Positions 52,103 through 64,000 of a stretch of 64,000 nucleotides of DNA are shown one piece after another (the stretch's first letter is position 1; each line of letters begins with the position of its first letter). The position numbers and the translations under genes are program-made. The notes beneath the pieces were generated by a model. That model was not told the origin of the DNA, made no database searches, and saw nothing but the letters and a program-made list of their open reading frames with translations. Location of the stretch: positions 17,112,001 to 17,176,000 of the forward strand of contig OX597830.1 of assembly GCA_951406725.2 (NCBI GenBank). Reading direction: 5' to 3'. Source of the DNA: Octopus vulgaris (taxonomy: Eukaryota).

Positions 52103-52529
52103 GGATCTTTTCGGTTTGAACGGCAGTTTTTAACATAATTTCTTGGTAACTAAAAAATTTTAAACTTCGTATACTGGCAGAATGTGTTTATAAAACATCA
52201 TTTTCTCTTGGCTTTAATTGAGAAAATTCTATAGTTTGTAAGATATTTGTTGGTTTTTTTTTCAATTTCTGCAATTTCAACCAATCGCTGACGTCTATTG
52301 AGGTGAAAACATACTGTGCCGTATGAATATATCCCTCGTTTAAGAAACAGATTGGGTTTATATACATTTGTGAAGAAAAAAAAGATACCATTCCCCCCAC
52401 CCCTAACCCTAACTAACCTTAACTCTAAAATAGATTGAAATGCAATAGATCGATAGTAGGGTCATAATTATGGGTGACAATTTCATATGACACCGCTAGA
52501 AAAAACTGCCGTTCAAACCGAAAAGGTCC
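52103..52529. mobile_element. Merlin-like MITE (GG-starting TIRs, 8-bp TSD)
   Basis: TIR GGATCTTTTCGGTTTGAACGGCAGTTTTT; TSD AAGGACAA at 52095-52102 and 52530-52537; internal CCCTAA motifs. Confidence 0.8.
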
Positions 52530-53117
52530 AAGGACAAAACTAATACTGTACTTCTTGTGAAATTTAAAATATTTCGATTAAAAAAAAACTGTTAATGACA
52601 ACGGCAAAATAGACAAAAAGTCAAGATTAGTGCGGCGCTTTTTGTTTGTTTTTTAATGAAGGGAGGTAATTAAACATTAGGTATTTGGAACAATGCAATG
52701 TCGATTCGGCCGTTTCAGCGCTGAAAATAATTTCAAGCACGAGCACAAGGTCACACGTTTGCGGAGAAGTTATAATCCTTTATGTCAAATAATGACCTCC
52801 ATACTACACTGTTTTGACATGATGTCAAAATGGAATAAGATTCCTTTGACAAGGTTCATATCACTATATTATAGCAGAAGAAAAGGAGAAAATGATGTGT
52901 AACATTCGTACTTTTCTGGGCTGTATTAATGTGAATCGTCTTTAAGCCAAAATGGAAACCAAATCGCGGTTTCGTTATAAAAAGGGCTGATCTCTTGTTC
53001 TACAGTGATTTCAGATATTAGCACAAGGTCGGATTTTAGTGAGAGTGAAATTTAACAAAAATGCAAATCCTGAAAAATAGTCGTGATTTTTCCATAGTAT
53101 AAGTTTGCACAAAAGAA

Positions 53118-53527
53118 GGATCTTTTCGGTTTGAACGGCAGTTTTTTCTAGCGGTGTCATATGAAATTGTCACCCATAATTATGACCCTAGTATCGATCT
53201 ATTGCATTTCAATGTTTTAGGGTTAGGGGTGGGGGGAGGGTATATTTTTTTCTTCAGAAATGTAAATAAACCTAATCTGTTTCTTAAACGAGGGACATAT
53301 TCATACGGCACAGAATGTTTTCACCTCAATAGACGTCATTGATTGGTTGAAATTACAGAAATTGAAGAAAAAAAACAATAAATATCTTACAAACTATAGA
53401 ATTTTCTCAATAAAGCCAAGAGAAAAAATGTTTTATAAACACATTCTACCAGTATACGAAGTTTAAAAGTGTTTAGTTACGTGGAAATTATCTTTAAAAA
53501 AAACCGCCGGTCAAACCGAAAAGATCC
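53118..53527. mobile_element. Second Merlin-like MITE, opposite orientation
   Basis: Same TIRs; TSD CAAAAGAA at 53110-53117 and 53528-53535; body is the reverse complement of 52103-52529. Confidence 0.8.
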
Positions 53528-53582
53528 CAAAAGAAAGAAAAAAGGGAAGAGAAAAACAAGAACAATGCAGCATCAGGTGTTT

Positions 53583-54410
53583 CAATTGGTCGCACGCCAT
53601 AAAGTCAACGGAACCTACTGAAGTAAGCCAGCATGCTCGCATTACCACAGGCGACAGCGAGGCTAAACCGTTGGAAAAGCCAAGCGTCCTCACGGGCATC
53701 ACCCGACACCTAGGTGATGCGAGTGACCAGTGAAATTTTTTCCCACGAGAGTAATGAACTCATTTGCATACAGCCAATGAGAGCTCACCTTGACTTTGAT
53801 TTTAAGTTAACAAACATAGTCTTCCAAGTAAACTCAAGACGAAAAAAGGTGTTGTAAGTCGACCGATCGCCAAGTTCTGCCTGATTTTAGGAGACAAGTA
53901 ATTCGATAGATTTGCATCTATACCCATTATCGGATTTTGTTAGGGCCCCATATGGTAAAGATGTGGATGGGGAAAATGTGGGTAGCGGGTGATGTGCTAG
54001 CTTTACAAAGTAAACAACAAATAATTACGCTGAGGCGGCCATGGTTGAAACAAGAACAAGAACAACAAGCATTCTTAAAAGAGGAAAGAAGCATGGTCAT
54101 TCCTTATCCAAGTGACCTCATCTTATCACCCATCACTTGTTATGCACTCATAAATTAGTTTGATAGTTGAGCTCTGGTTGGCTATAAGCAAATGAATTTA
54201 TAACTGGGGTCCGGAACTCTCGTGGGAAAAAAATTTCGCGAGCGGCCAACGATGATAAGAACTTCCGTAGTTGGTGACTGAGTTCCCCCAAAGGTCTCAA
54301 ACGCCACAGGTTGGAAGAGATAGTTCACTGTCAGGTCCTGATACTTCAGGGTTTTGTTCCGTTCGTTTTGCGGAAACAGTGACCCTCGCATTTACTGCAG
54401 CATCCAGGAT
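53583..54410 (-). pseudogene. CRE-clade (restriction-like endonuclease) non-LTR retrotransposon 3' relic, interrupted
   Basis: ERNKTLKYQDLTVNYLFQPVAFETFG...IIVGR (54250-54365) continues after an insertion as RIT*VSGDAREDAWLFQRFSLAVACGNA (ends ~53635). Confidence 0.8.
53730..54239. mobile_element. MULE-like non-autonomous element nested in the CRE relic
   Basis: TIRs G(T/C)GAAATTTTTTCCCACGAGAG...CATTTGC(A/T)TA.AGCCAA..AGAGCTCA; degenerate 9-bp TSD GAGTGACCA (53721-53729) / GAGCGGCCA (54240-54248). Confidence 0.7.
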
Positions 54411-55329
54411 TGGTTAGAGTAATTCACTTGGACATTATTTTATCGATTCGGAATGTAAACGGAAAAGTTTAACTCGACACCAGTTTAGACCGACATCTGT
54501 ATGCAACTGATACTTAATTTATCGACCCCGAAAGGATGAAAGGCAAAGTCAACCCGGGTGGAATTTGAACTCAGAAGAGTGGTAGTTAAATATTGCAATA
54601 ACAATTCTTTTAAAAGAAATATTGAAATTATTTTTTTCAAATTTTGGCACGAGACCAGCAATTTTAGAGGTGTGGGAGGGGGAGTCGATTATATCAACCT
54701 CGGAAAAAGCGAAAACAAAGTCGACCTCGGCAACATTTGACGCAGAACGTAAAGCCGGAACAAAATGCTGCTAAGCATTTTGTCCGATGTGCTAAAGATT
54801 CTGCCAGCTCGGCACCCCGAAATATTGAAATAATAGATAAATAAATAAAAGCTTAAAATTTATTGCATAGATTTAATTACCTTATTTTCATCGATCTAGA
54901 ATTAATTATGCAAGTACCAGTAATCTGCTGAGTTAAATTAATCTACTTTATTTGCTCATCTCTCCTGTAAATGAATCAATAATGCAAAAATCACAATAAA
55001 ATCATGTTTTATACACTGACTGAAATTACCACACTAATTAGGTGGTTAATTACACAAAGTGACATTATACGATAAGAGAAATAAGAGAGAGTCACATTTA
55101 GATATATATGTTTAAAATTTAATACTTGCACAAATTGCGTTAAATTATTGGGATGGAGAGAGAATATGGGAGTTAAGTCGGGTATTTGACTCGTCTATCT
55201 TGAAGCATTTGTTTAATCGTTTCAAGAAATAATGCCAAGTCAAATATTTACATTCCCATTATGACTCTTCCCAATTTTTAATTGTTATTTGGTTCCCATT
55301 TTATAATATAATAATTATGAAATTATCGT

Positions 55330-55700
55330 ATCCAGTGCTCAGGTGTACCACAACTTGTCAAAAGTGCGTATAAAGCATATGCAGTAATGTACAAATGTCT
55401 GGGAAGCGAACAATGTATGAGTCAGATACATGCTTGCGTGTGTATGGAGGAGAGAAAATTAGGTGTAGTGTTGGTGAATCTCAGGAAGCATGGAAGTTTT
55501 GAAGGATGCAATGCTCCGACAACTAACAACTGATGCCGGCAGTTTGTTCCATGCTTCAGCAATTCTTAGCGTGAAAAAATGTTTCCGAAAATCACGGGAG
55601 CTGTGCTGTTTTCTGACTTTGTAAACATGTCCACGGGTGTTAGACAGGTGGAGTTTGAAAAGGTGCCCAGAGTTATTGTTAGTAAGATTATAAATAATTT
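55330..55700 (-). mobile_element. CR1/L2-group LINE 3' end
   Basis: TRGHVYKV...RKHFFTLRIAEAWNKLPASVVSCRSIASFK is the typical ORF2 C-terminal motif. Confidence 0.8.
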
Positions 55701-56544
55701 TGCTTAGTATTGTTATATCATGCGTTTGGAATATAAACGTTTGTTCGTTTGACGTTTTTAACAAGTGTTATCAGATGTAAATGAATAAGTCTCCCTCTCA
55801 GAAAAACTTGAACTAGTTTAGAATAACCTGAAACTATTCAGGATCACTCCTATTCCTAAATTAATTTTTATTGCTTATACAGACTTTTCTCTAAAAATAT
55901 ATGGAGATAAAGCAGTAGATAAACTATCAAACTTTAATCTTCCATTATCTCAATCAGTATTAGCAACATATGAATACAGGACAATATTGATGTTAATTTT
56001 GGTACAAGGTCAGCGATTTAGGGGGAGGGTGTAAGTGGATTTCATCGTCCCCCCCCCCCCCCAAGTGCTCAACTGGTACTTATTTTATCGACCCGAAAGA
56101 TTGAAAGGGAAATTCGACCTCGGCGGAATTTGAACTCAGAACACGAAGACAGACGAAATACTGCTAAGCATTTTCCCCGGCATAGTAACGATTCTGCTGA
56201 CTCACCCCCATAATACTGAACAATATTAATGAACAAATTAAGGCAGTGAGCTAGCAGAATCGTTAGTATGCCGGGAAATTTTCTTAGCGGCGTTTGGCCT
56301 GTCTTTACGTGCTGGGTTCAAATACCGCCGAGATCGATTTTTCCTTTTATCTCTTCGGGGTCGATATAATCAACTTACCCCTCCGCTGGAATTGTTGGCC
56401 TTACTGGAGTAATATTAATTAACAGATTCTGTTGGTTTCGAACACATAGATTTAGATTATAAGCTTCATTACATCTTTTAACAGTCTGTACCTCGATTCG
56501 AACCACCTGACTCAGATATCCAGTTTAGAATCACAGTCTAATTT

Positions 56545-57082
56545 TATTTCCATACAGGGCATAACCAACCTTCATTCTGCATACAGTTGTCTTGCTCTTT
56601 CTTCCTGCTATTCCATTGGTTGTAAGTATTCTCTATACTGACTGGGCAGGGAATCCTGCACAGTCAATTTCGACTGGAAATGGCCATGTCTGTCATCTAT
56701 TCTCCCTGAAAAAGTTTCTGGTACTTGGCGCCCTTCCATTCAAAGGCATTTTCCTTCCCGTTTGACTGTAAGCTCGATCACTATTCTTTATTCATTTATT
56801 TATTTTTGCCTTCTCAAGCTACAAAACTACATTCGGCCTTTGATTGGTCAAGACGACCAGGGGAAATTGCAACCTTCCCTCGGGTCCACTTTCACTGCCT
56901 ATGGTTAGGTCTCTTGTGTTAAACTGCTTGTTTTTGCTGTGATCAATGTCAATCATTTGTCTTCTTCCATCACGAACTTGACTGATGGTGTTGTTTTTCC
57001 CGGTTGGGGTTGTGTTATACCTCTCTTGCACCTGTGTTCAAGTGAATGTCACGAGTACGCTATCATGGCACCATTTGTATCC
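56545..57082 (-). pseudogene. HERO-clade non-LTR retrotransposon endonuclease relic
   Basis: Across stops and frameshifts: GYKWCHDSVL...LQFPLVVLTNQRPNVVL...IVIELTV..E..AFEWKGAKYQKL...TWPFPVEIDCAGFPAQSV*RIL...GIAGR. Confidence 0.75.
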
Positions 57083-57420
57083 GAATTAGTCGGGTAGAAT
57101 TCCCTTTTATGATCTTGTAGAGACTATCCGGAAATTTTATTGCGGCATTTATTCCAATGCAAAAACTATCAATCTGAGAGATGACATTTTGAAATCTTCC
57201 TAAGATTATCCTGGTTGGAAGTATAATTTTCAGATCTACCAACAAGTAAATAATATCCTTTAATTCGTAGACTACAAAAAGGTTTAACATTTAGCTGTTC
57301 TTCGTTTCTATTTGTTCTTATCTTCTTTTATATAGGAGGCATTAGGTAACATTTTCGGCCTATCATGATTTTCCAGATCCACACGGACTCTTAAATTAAA
57401 TGAATATACAGTTATTTTCC

Positions 57421-57554
57421 GAGGGCGCTTGACTTTCTCAACGCCTTAGTCTCGCCATCACTCTTGGTAACGCTGCGAGCGTGTTGGCTTGCTTCAGTAG
57501 GTTCTGTCAAACTTTGTGGTGTGCGAACAGTTGCTGTGATAAAAGAAAAAAAAA
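57421..57554 (+). mobile_element. Short 3' end of the same CRE family with A-rich tail
   Basis: EGA*LSQRLSLAITLGNAASVLACFSRF followed by ATAAAAGAAAAAAAA; aligns as the reverse complement of 53583-53691. Confidence 0.75.
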
Positions 57555-59074
57555 TTCCCACAAATGGTTTCAATACAGTTTTAACAGAATGATTTCGAAG
57601 AATTAGATGAAAGTTCTCCGGTAATTTTCTTTCATGTAATTAAATTTTTATGTTAATTTAAAAATTTGCCAGCGAAATCTTATAAAATGACGATATTCTA
57701 AAAGATGTACATGTTTATATGTTATATATGAAACATTTCACTTCATCTTAATATTTTATGGCTAACAGTAACATTAATTGACATAGATCTACTTCTGTAA
57801 GCAGAATTCGTTGCTGAAGAGTGCACGGCATTAGAGATTAGCAGGTGGTGGTAGTTATATTAAGTTTTGTTATTTAAGGAATATCAAACTCTCAGCCAAG
57901 TCTCGTCAGTTCACACAAGGATCCACAGGAGAATGCGGCGGCCATGTTGAATAGTGTTTCCTCTTTACAAGCACAGAACTGTTTATGACTTTCAGAGTAG
58001 ATTCTCTTTGTAAAACTTATGTATTTATCTTAATAAATTTCTTTAAAGTTTTCTAAGAGTCTTACATAACACAGGAACATTAAAAAAGTGTGTGACCTCT
58101 ATAACATGCTTATAATTTTATGATGTTCATTACTCGCCCAAATTAAGTGCGTACTTCTAGATATGAGGACCCTGATAAATCTGCCAAGCAAAGTGATAGA
58201 ACTCTAGAGCCCGATCTTTTACCAAGTTAAAGATTGAATCAAAGGCGTTTTTTAAAATCGAGTTTGAGAACTACCCGGGGCTTAGGAATATCTTTTTGGG
58301 CGTGAACATACCCGAGCAATTATTAATTTTTCACAAAGAGCGACGACCTATATTGAAGTACCCATCACTCTCACATATCTGGGAAGGTGCTGCTTCATAA
58401 TCAAACATTCTAAACGACAAGTTACTCGGTTGATTGGGAAACCATCACGCTACTTATCCGCAAAAGCGCTGTTTTCTCTAAGTTTGTCTTCTCACGCTAC
58501 TATTGCAGCTACCGCTTCTTTGAATTAACTGTTTCTATTTAGGCTTACTGCCCATCAACTTTACCGTGTATCTCGTTTCCCGTGTCCTATACATTATACA
58601 CCTTTTCCTATCATTCTTTCCTAGAACTGAAACCTATGGTTTTGTTTGGAGACATCGACTTAAATCTGTTTAAAATAAACATTAATAATGTCGATTAGTT
58701 CAGTATGAAATGGCCTGCATCGGAAATGGATAACACTCCTGGTATAACATTTTTGCAAGCATAAAATTTGAGACATACCAACCCAAAACAAACATATCGA
58801 AATTTCGTCTTGTTTTAATAAGTTTTACTCCGTTATTAAGACTTCTTGAGTGTTTAAAAACACTCACATACAAAAGTAGACGATGACATACTGTAGTAAA
58901 CCCAGAAATTAGCGTAATGATTAATTCTAATAAACAAAAAAAATTCTGAGGGCGATTCCAAAGCAATTAAAACTTAATACACACATATTAGCGACTCACA
59001 GCTGGGTACAATGGGTATACATTGTGAGGAGTTGGTATAGAAAATTACTTTTTAAATTCCTTCAATTTTCATCC

Positions 59075-59810
59075 AGCATACCTACACAAGTGTGCCCCCC
59101 ACCATCGATTTTTTCCCTCATAACTTCCAGAAAAATGTATATTTTTTTAACGAAATTTTCTGCAAACACACTTCAGTGTAGATCCCGACTATATCGAAAT
59201 TTATGGTGAAAAAAAAAAAACTTTTCCGGGGGTACGGCGAAGAGTTTCCGAAAATTCACACGACTCGGCTTTGTTTCCTCATATCTTTCAGAAAAATGCG
59301 TAATTTTTAATGAAATTTTGTAAAAAAAAAATTCATTTCAGAGTGAATACATGACGATCATATCGGAATTTAACATGAAAGAAATTGGTGGATTCGTACA
59401 CATACATGCTTACACATCTGTATCTAGAAAATGAAACTTGAAATTTCGGTGAAAAGAAAAAAAATTGATGTGTGTCAGTATGCATGTGTACGAGTCAACT
59501 AATTTTCTTTTTTATATTAAATAACTATATTATCGTAATCTACACACTCTGAAAGGTATTTGTTGAAACTGTCACCAAAGAATACCTATTTTTCTGAAAG
59601 ACATGAGGAAACGAAGCCAAGTCGTGAGAATTTTCCGAAATTCATCACCTCACTCTCGGAAAATTTGTTCCCCATGAATTTCGATATAATCGGAATCTAC
59701 ACTATCTGAAGCGTATTTGTAGAAAATTCCATTAAAAACATCCATTTTTCTGGAAGTTATGAGGAAACAAAGTCAGTGGGGGGGGGGGCATTTGTGTAAG
59801 TAAGCCTTTC
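59075..59810. mobile_element. Foldback-type element with ~330-bp imperfect inverted arms
   Basis: CCTCATAACTTCCAGAAAAATG... mirrors ...CATTTTTCTGGAAGTTATGAGG; each arm has two related subunits; the centre pairs GTACACATACATGCT with TATGCATGTGTAC. Confidence 0.75.
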
Positions 59811-61559
59811 ATCATATAAGCTTTATGCTGTATACGTAGTACAGTATGATACGTTAAAAAAAAATATTCAAGTGAATTAATAAATGCCAACTAGACACTG
59901 CTTCAGAAGTGTATTAATTTGAATCTGTTAAATGTAGTTTAGCTCTTTATTTTTCATGGTTTATTTTATGTTTTAAGATTGTAGTTAGATTGTCTCCAGA
60001 AAACCGGAAAACCCAGAAATCCAGAATACTTCCGTCCCAAGCTTCCCGGATATTTTTTTCCGGTACCATATAATTTTCATGTCACTTTTTTTTTCAACAA
60101 TTCACTCGTCGCCTCATTAATAAAGGAACTCACTATAATATAGGATGTCGAGATTGCTTGACGGTCACGACTTTCCCATTTACAGTGTAAGCAAAATACA
60201 ATAGCAAGGAACCGGGAACTGAAACCAGATCTCGGTTGTAGCCTTATAAGCGATCGTTTCCTTTCTAAGGAAGGACTTGATACAAAAGTCTACGTGATTT
60301 AGCAGACGAGAGTTATGGTTACATATTTGAAACCGTTATCTTAAGCCGTAGATTTTTATAAACTGAAAAATTGTAAATGTACCCTATTTTTATATTAACA
60401 AGTTAATAAGTAATTATTATTTAATAATAAATATTTACGATATAAAATATTTTAAATTCTTATTACGAACGAGAATTTTCGAAAAGATATTAAATGATGT
60501 TGTGAATTGTACGAATCGAAGGCTGGTTTACAAACCGGCATGGCAGACGTTTAGTGCTTAACGAAACTGTAAACATAGAAAAAGGTATTTATTTCTATTG
60601 TCTCTAGGTTGATGCATGTTTATTAACTGCTTGAAAGCTATTCTTCAATTGCTTTGTACTATATAAGAACGAAAAATCTTTCTTACGCACGGATTATCAT
60701 AGAAATAAACCTGCGATCTGTTTGAACCTGTGCAAATGAAAAGCATGAACATCACACGTTCTGCTTCTTCTTCAATGTGTAGTCTTGTGTCTAAGAATAT
60801 ATTGTGTTGGAGGTGATTGCCATAGAGGATAGATAAACTTTCGTGGAAGAAAATTACGAACAGGTTTCTGCGGAAGTAAAGAATAGGCACACCACCCGTA
60901 TTCTTTACCTTCGCCCAGGTTTCGATTCCCGGTTGAAGCCATTTCATCTAATTTCCACCGGTGATACCCTTCAAAATGACCTCATAGTGTCTCGTTCCTG
61001 TCCTCTCTAAACCTGATATTCCATGAGTATATATATATATAAATAAATAAAACTTTCATTATAAGCCATTTATTTTTTATTTATAAGTCATAAGTTATAA
61101 GGTTTGTTTAATATCGCAGTACCTGATTTTTTTTTCTCTGCAAGTCATAGAGAAAATGTTTAAATGGGATTCTGAGACATTCATGCATTTTGTAAGACTA
61201 CTGGTTATGAAAGAGAAGCAATTATAACAGGAATTAAAACAGAAACTTCAGCAACATGTCTCATAAGTTTTTAAGCAGCACGTCTTATGTAACGGTTTCT
61301 GAAACGCTACTTATGTAACAATTTCTTATTTTCAGATTTATAGGCGCTCTGACAGTAATTTTTTTTTTCTGTAAAACTTTGGCTTTATATGTGAAGCATT
61401 TTAAACAATGGATTGTTGCGGATTCGATTCTCCGAGGACGAAGACGTGGCACAAAATACATCGTCTAATAAACACTTCTTAATATAGTAGGGCGCGAATT
61501 GAGTGATATTTGCCTGCTATTTTTAACAGCTCGATAAACCACATAGTGGCTCTCTCCCT

Positions 61560-62160
61560 TTTAGGTCGACTTTTAAAAATATTTTTTATATTATGTCGGG
61601 TTATTTTCAACACGTACATTCCGGATTAAAAGTATAGCTTTAGGGGTGGTATTTGTCCCATTTACGAGATGATAAATGCGCGCCAACAGATGGTAGCACA
61701 CGGTTGCGTACGCAGTGACTGTTAGTGACCTTCGTGAGGCAGTGTGCCGAGTGACATTGCTGCATTTATTTCGCGAGTTGTGAAATTTGTGTTTTTGTGA
61801 TCCTGTGTATGCTGTAGTCTCTGATTTTGTCATGAACAGGAACAAGGAGCCAACGAGAAATGTTTCATAAAACTTGGGAAGTCTGCTACAGAAACATGGA
61901 ACATGCTGCAGCTAGCTTACGGTGATTAGGCAATGGGCCATACACAATGTTTTTTGAGTGGTATGGGCATTTCAGAAGCAGAAGACACCTCTGGAAGACC
62001 TGCCGCAAGCATCACCCCTGGAAATGTATTGTACAGTGAGAATTTGTCCCCCAGGGCTAGACCATCAATCGAGAGTTCAACTTCAACATTTGGAAACTTT
62101 TGAGGGAGGGCATCTGGCGAAAGTGACTAGCTCTGTGGAGCATGAAGAATTTTCGTGAAA
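61560..62160 (+). pseudogene. Mariner transposase relic
   Basis: From 61840: EQGANEKCFIKLGKSATETWNMLQLAYGD*AMGHTQCF.EWY; later EFVPQG*TINREF. Confidence 0.8.
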
Positions 62161-62469
62161 GTAAAACCTTTCATGAAATGAAAGTGAATGTTACCTTACC
62201 TGTATAATGATGTAGCCTGAATGGTTTCTGGTAAAAAGTCCAAGAATTTTTTCATGAATGTATCCCAAATTCATTCACTGTGTGTGAATTCAATCAATAT
62301 ATAATTTAGTGTGTAATATCTGGAGTTTGGTAGGATAGAATAGGTACTCCAGTAACACAATTAGATCACCGAGGCATTACTGAAGAATTGGTTTTTTGAA
62401 GGTTTACACTTAAGTGGGCTTTTTCATGGCTTGTCTGGAAACACAACAGGATCTCCATTGATGCTATCA

Positions 62470-63320
62470 TTATCCAGACCTGCCTGAGATGGGCTTGTCA
62501 CGTTGTCCAGATAAAAAATAACCACTTACTAAGCAGTTTCTCTTTGGAAGCACTCTGTCGGTTACGACGACGAGGGTTCCGGTTGATCCGAATCAACGGA
62601 ACAGCCTGCTCGTGAAATTAACGTGTAAGTGGCTGAGCACTCCACAGACACGTGTACCCTTAACATAGTTCTCGGGGATATTCAGCGTGACACAGAGAGT
62701 GACAAGGCTGGCCCTTTGAAATACAGGTACAACAGAAACAGAAAGTAAGAGTGAGAGAAAGTTGTGGTGAAAGAGTACAGCAGGGATCACCACCATCCCC
62801 TGCTGGAGCCGCGTGGAGCTTTAGGTGTTTTCGCTCAATAAACACTCACAATGCCCGGTCTGGGAATCGAAACCGCGATCCTATGACCGCGAGTCCGCTG
62901 CCCTAACCACTGGGCCATTGCGCCTCCACAGTTTCTCTACTCCCAGTTAAAAGAAGGAAAACGAAAAAGTAGAGGGTAAAAGAAAAGATTCAAAGATGTT
63001 CTGAAAGCCAACTCCAAGAAATTGATATTGACTCTGAGAACTGAGGGAGAAATGGTCAGAATCAAGAATGCTAGAGATCCATCATCAAAGAGGTGAGTAA
63101 CAACTTTTGAGACCAGTAGGACTGCTGAGGAAGAAGAAAAAGAAGAGGCACAGAGAAGATAGACCAAAAAGAGACTTTCCATCCGGAACCACCTGTCCCA
63201 CTTGTTGAAGGAGCTTCCGAGGAAGAATTGGACTTGTCAGTCACCATCAATGATATAGAAAAAAAAGGACCATCATCCTCAGCCTTGAGGGATAGCCATG
63301 ATGACGATGACAAAAGGCCT
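62470..63320 (+). mobile_element. RTE LINE 3' relic, interrupted by a SINE
   Basis: LRWACHVVQI...KQFLYSQLKEGKRKSRG*KKRFKDVLKAN. Confidence 0.65.
62544..62929 (-). mobile_element. Young full-length tRNA-derived SINE inserted into an RTE relic
   Basis: TSD AGTTTCTCT at 62535-62543 and 62930-62938. Removing the SINE rejoins the RTE peptide KQFLYSQLKEGKRK. Confidence 0.9.
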
Positions 63321-63356
63321 AACAAAATACTTGTCGAGCCAGTGAAAGAGCCTCTC

Positions 63357-63701
63357 TAGTGATTCTCAATAGAGGTCCATATAGACCCACCCTGAGGGTT
63401 CATATAAGATTTTTAGGTGTCCAAACAGCAAAATAGTAAACTGGGATCCACAATGGTATTTTAAGGCCCCCTGAAAAATGTTGCTTTGAATGTATATATT
63501 GGTATGTATTGCAAGATATGACAAGGTTTCTTTCTCTCACATTTTACATTGTTCAATCTACACAAGGGAGTGTGTGAAAAACAAAATAGGAATTTTGAAA
63601 GAAGTATACAACTAGTTTTTAGACATTGAATGGCTATGGGTCCACCAGAATAAAATAATAATCAAAGGGGTCCATAAATAAAAGATAGTTGAAAACTCCT
63701 G
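63357..63701. mobile_element. Degenerate hAT-like MITE
   Basis: TAGTGATTCTCAA...GGTCCAT and GGGGTCCAT...GTTGAAAACTCCTG ends resemble hAT TIRs; TSD not clear. Confidence 0.45.
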
Positions 63702-64000
63702 CTCTACATAGTTGCTTGACCTATCAAGTAGCAGTCACATTTTCTTCAAATCATGCCCTATAAAAGAATACATTGGTTAATATAGTCTTGTGTCCACTGT
63801 CTGCAGGAGAGGGGTTGGGGTGGGGCTGTTGCACCTATTGGTGACTATGAGGGCTGTGTAATTAATAATTGGATTGGTTTGGACTGGAACACAGTATAGT
63901 AGAAGCAATGGGACGGAAATCATAAACTTTTAAATTCATAGCCCAGAACCTTGATGACTCAGCCAACAGTGGTTCACTCCTGCCAGTGATGGTGGTGGTG

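Noticed and set aside
52400-52426. CCCTAA motifs as interstitial telomere
   Set aside because: Only 2-4 degenerate units, internal to the MITE in both copies.
53583-57533. ~110-bp inverted repeats suggesting one 4-kb DNA transposon
   Set aside because: Both arms encode the CRE C-terminus (QR.SLA...GNA); they are two independent retrotransposon 3' ends.
60645-60947. 100-aa minus ORF and tRNA T-arm-like GGTTTCGATTCCCGG at ~60918
   Set aside because: No recognisable homology or splice structure; the tRNA-like part lacks a 5' half.

Overview
Eukaryotic, AT-rich, repeat-dense DNA. The SINE families and microsatellites look like an octopod cephalopod genome (inference from recalled repeat families, not a database search). 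One protein-coding gene is clear: a minus-strand ENL/AF9 (MLLT1/MLLT3-family) YEATS-domain chromatin reader. Its four coding exons (46286-46297, 27665-27848, 22926-23152, 18202-20199) join in frame through GT-AG introns to give about 806 aa: YEATS domain, a long Lys/Glu/Ser-rich disordered region with 9-aa KSPK-type repeats, and a strongly diverged C-terminal AHD. The promoter (~46.44-46.53 kb) has an ETS-CRE-like composite motif and abuts a ~1.8 kb purine-strand array containing five ~155-bp units. The rest is mostly transposon debris: several SINE families; RTE, CR1, CRE and HERO LINE relics; Tc1/mariner, hAT, piggyBac-, Merlin- and MULE-like elements; Helitrons; and Penelope-type fragments with degenerate hammerhead ribozyme motifs. 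I see no convincing new multi-gene system. The best leads are the unusual ENL/AF9 protein features, the promoter architecture, the ribozyme relics and several complex TE insertions. Repeat boundaries without TSDs are approximate.
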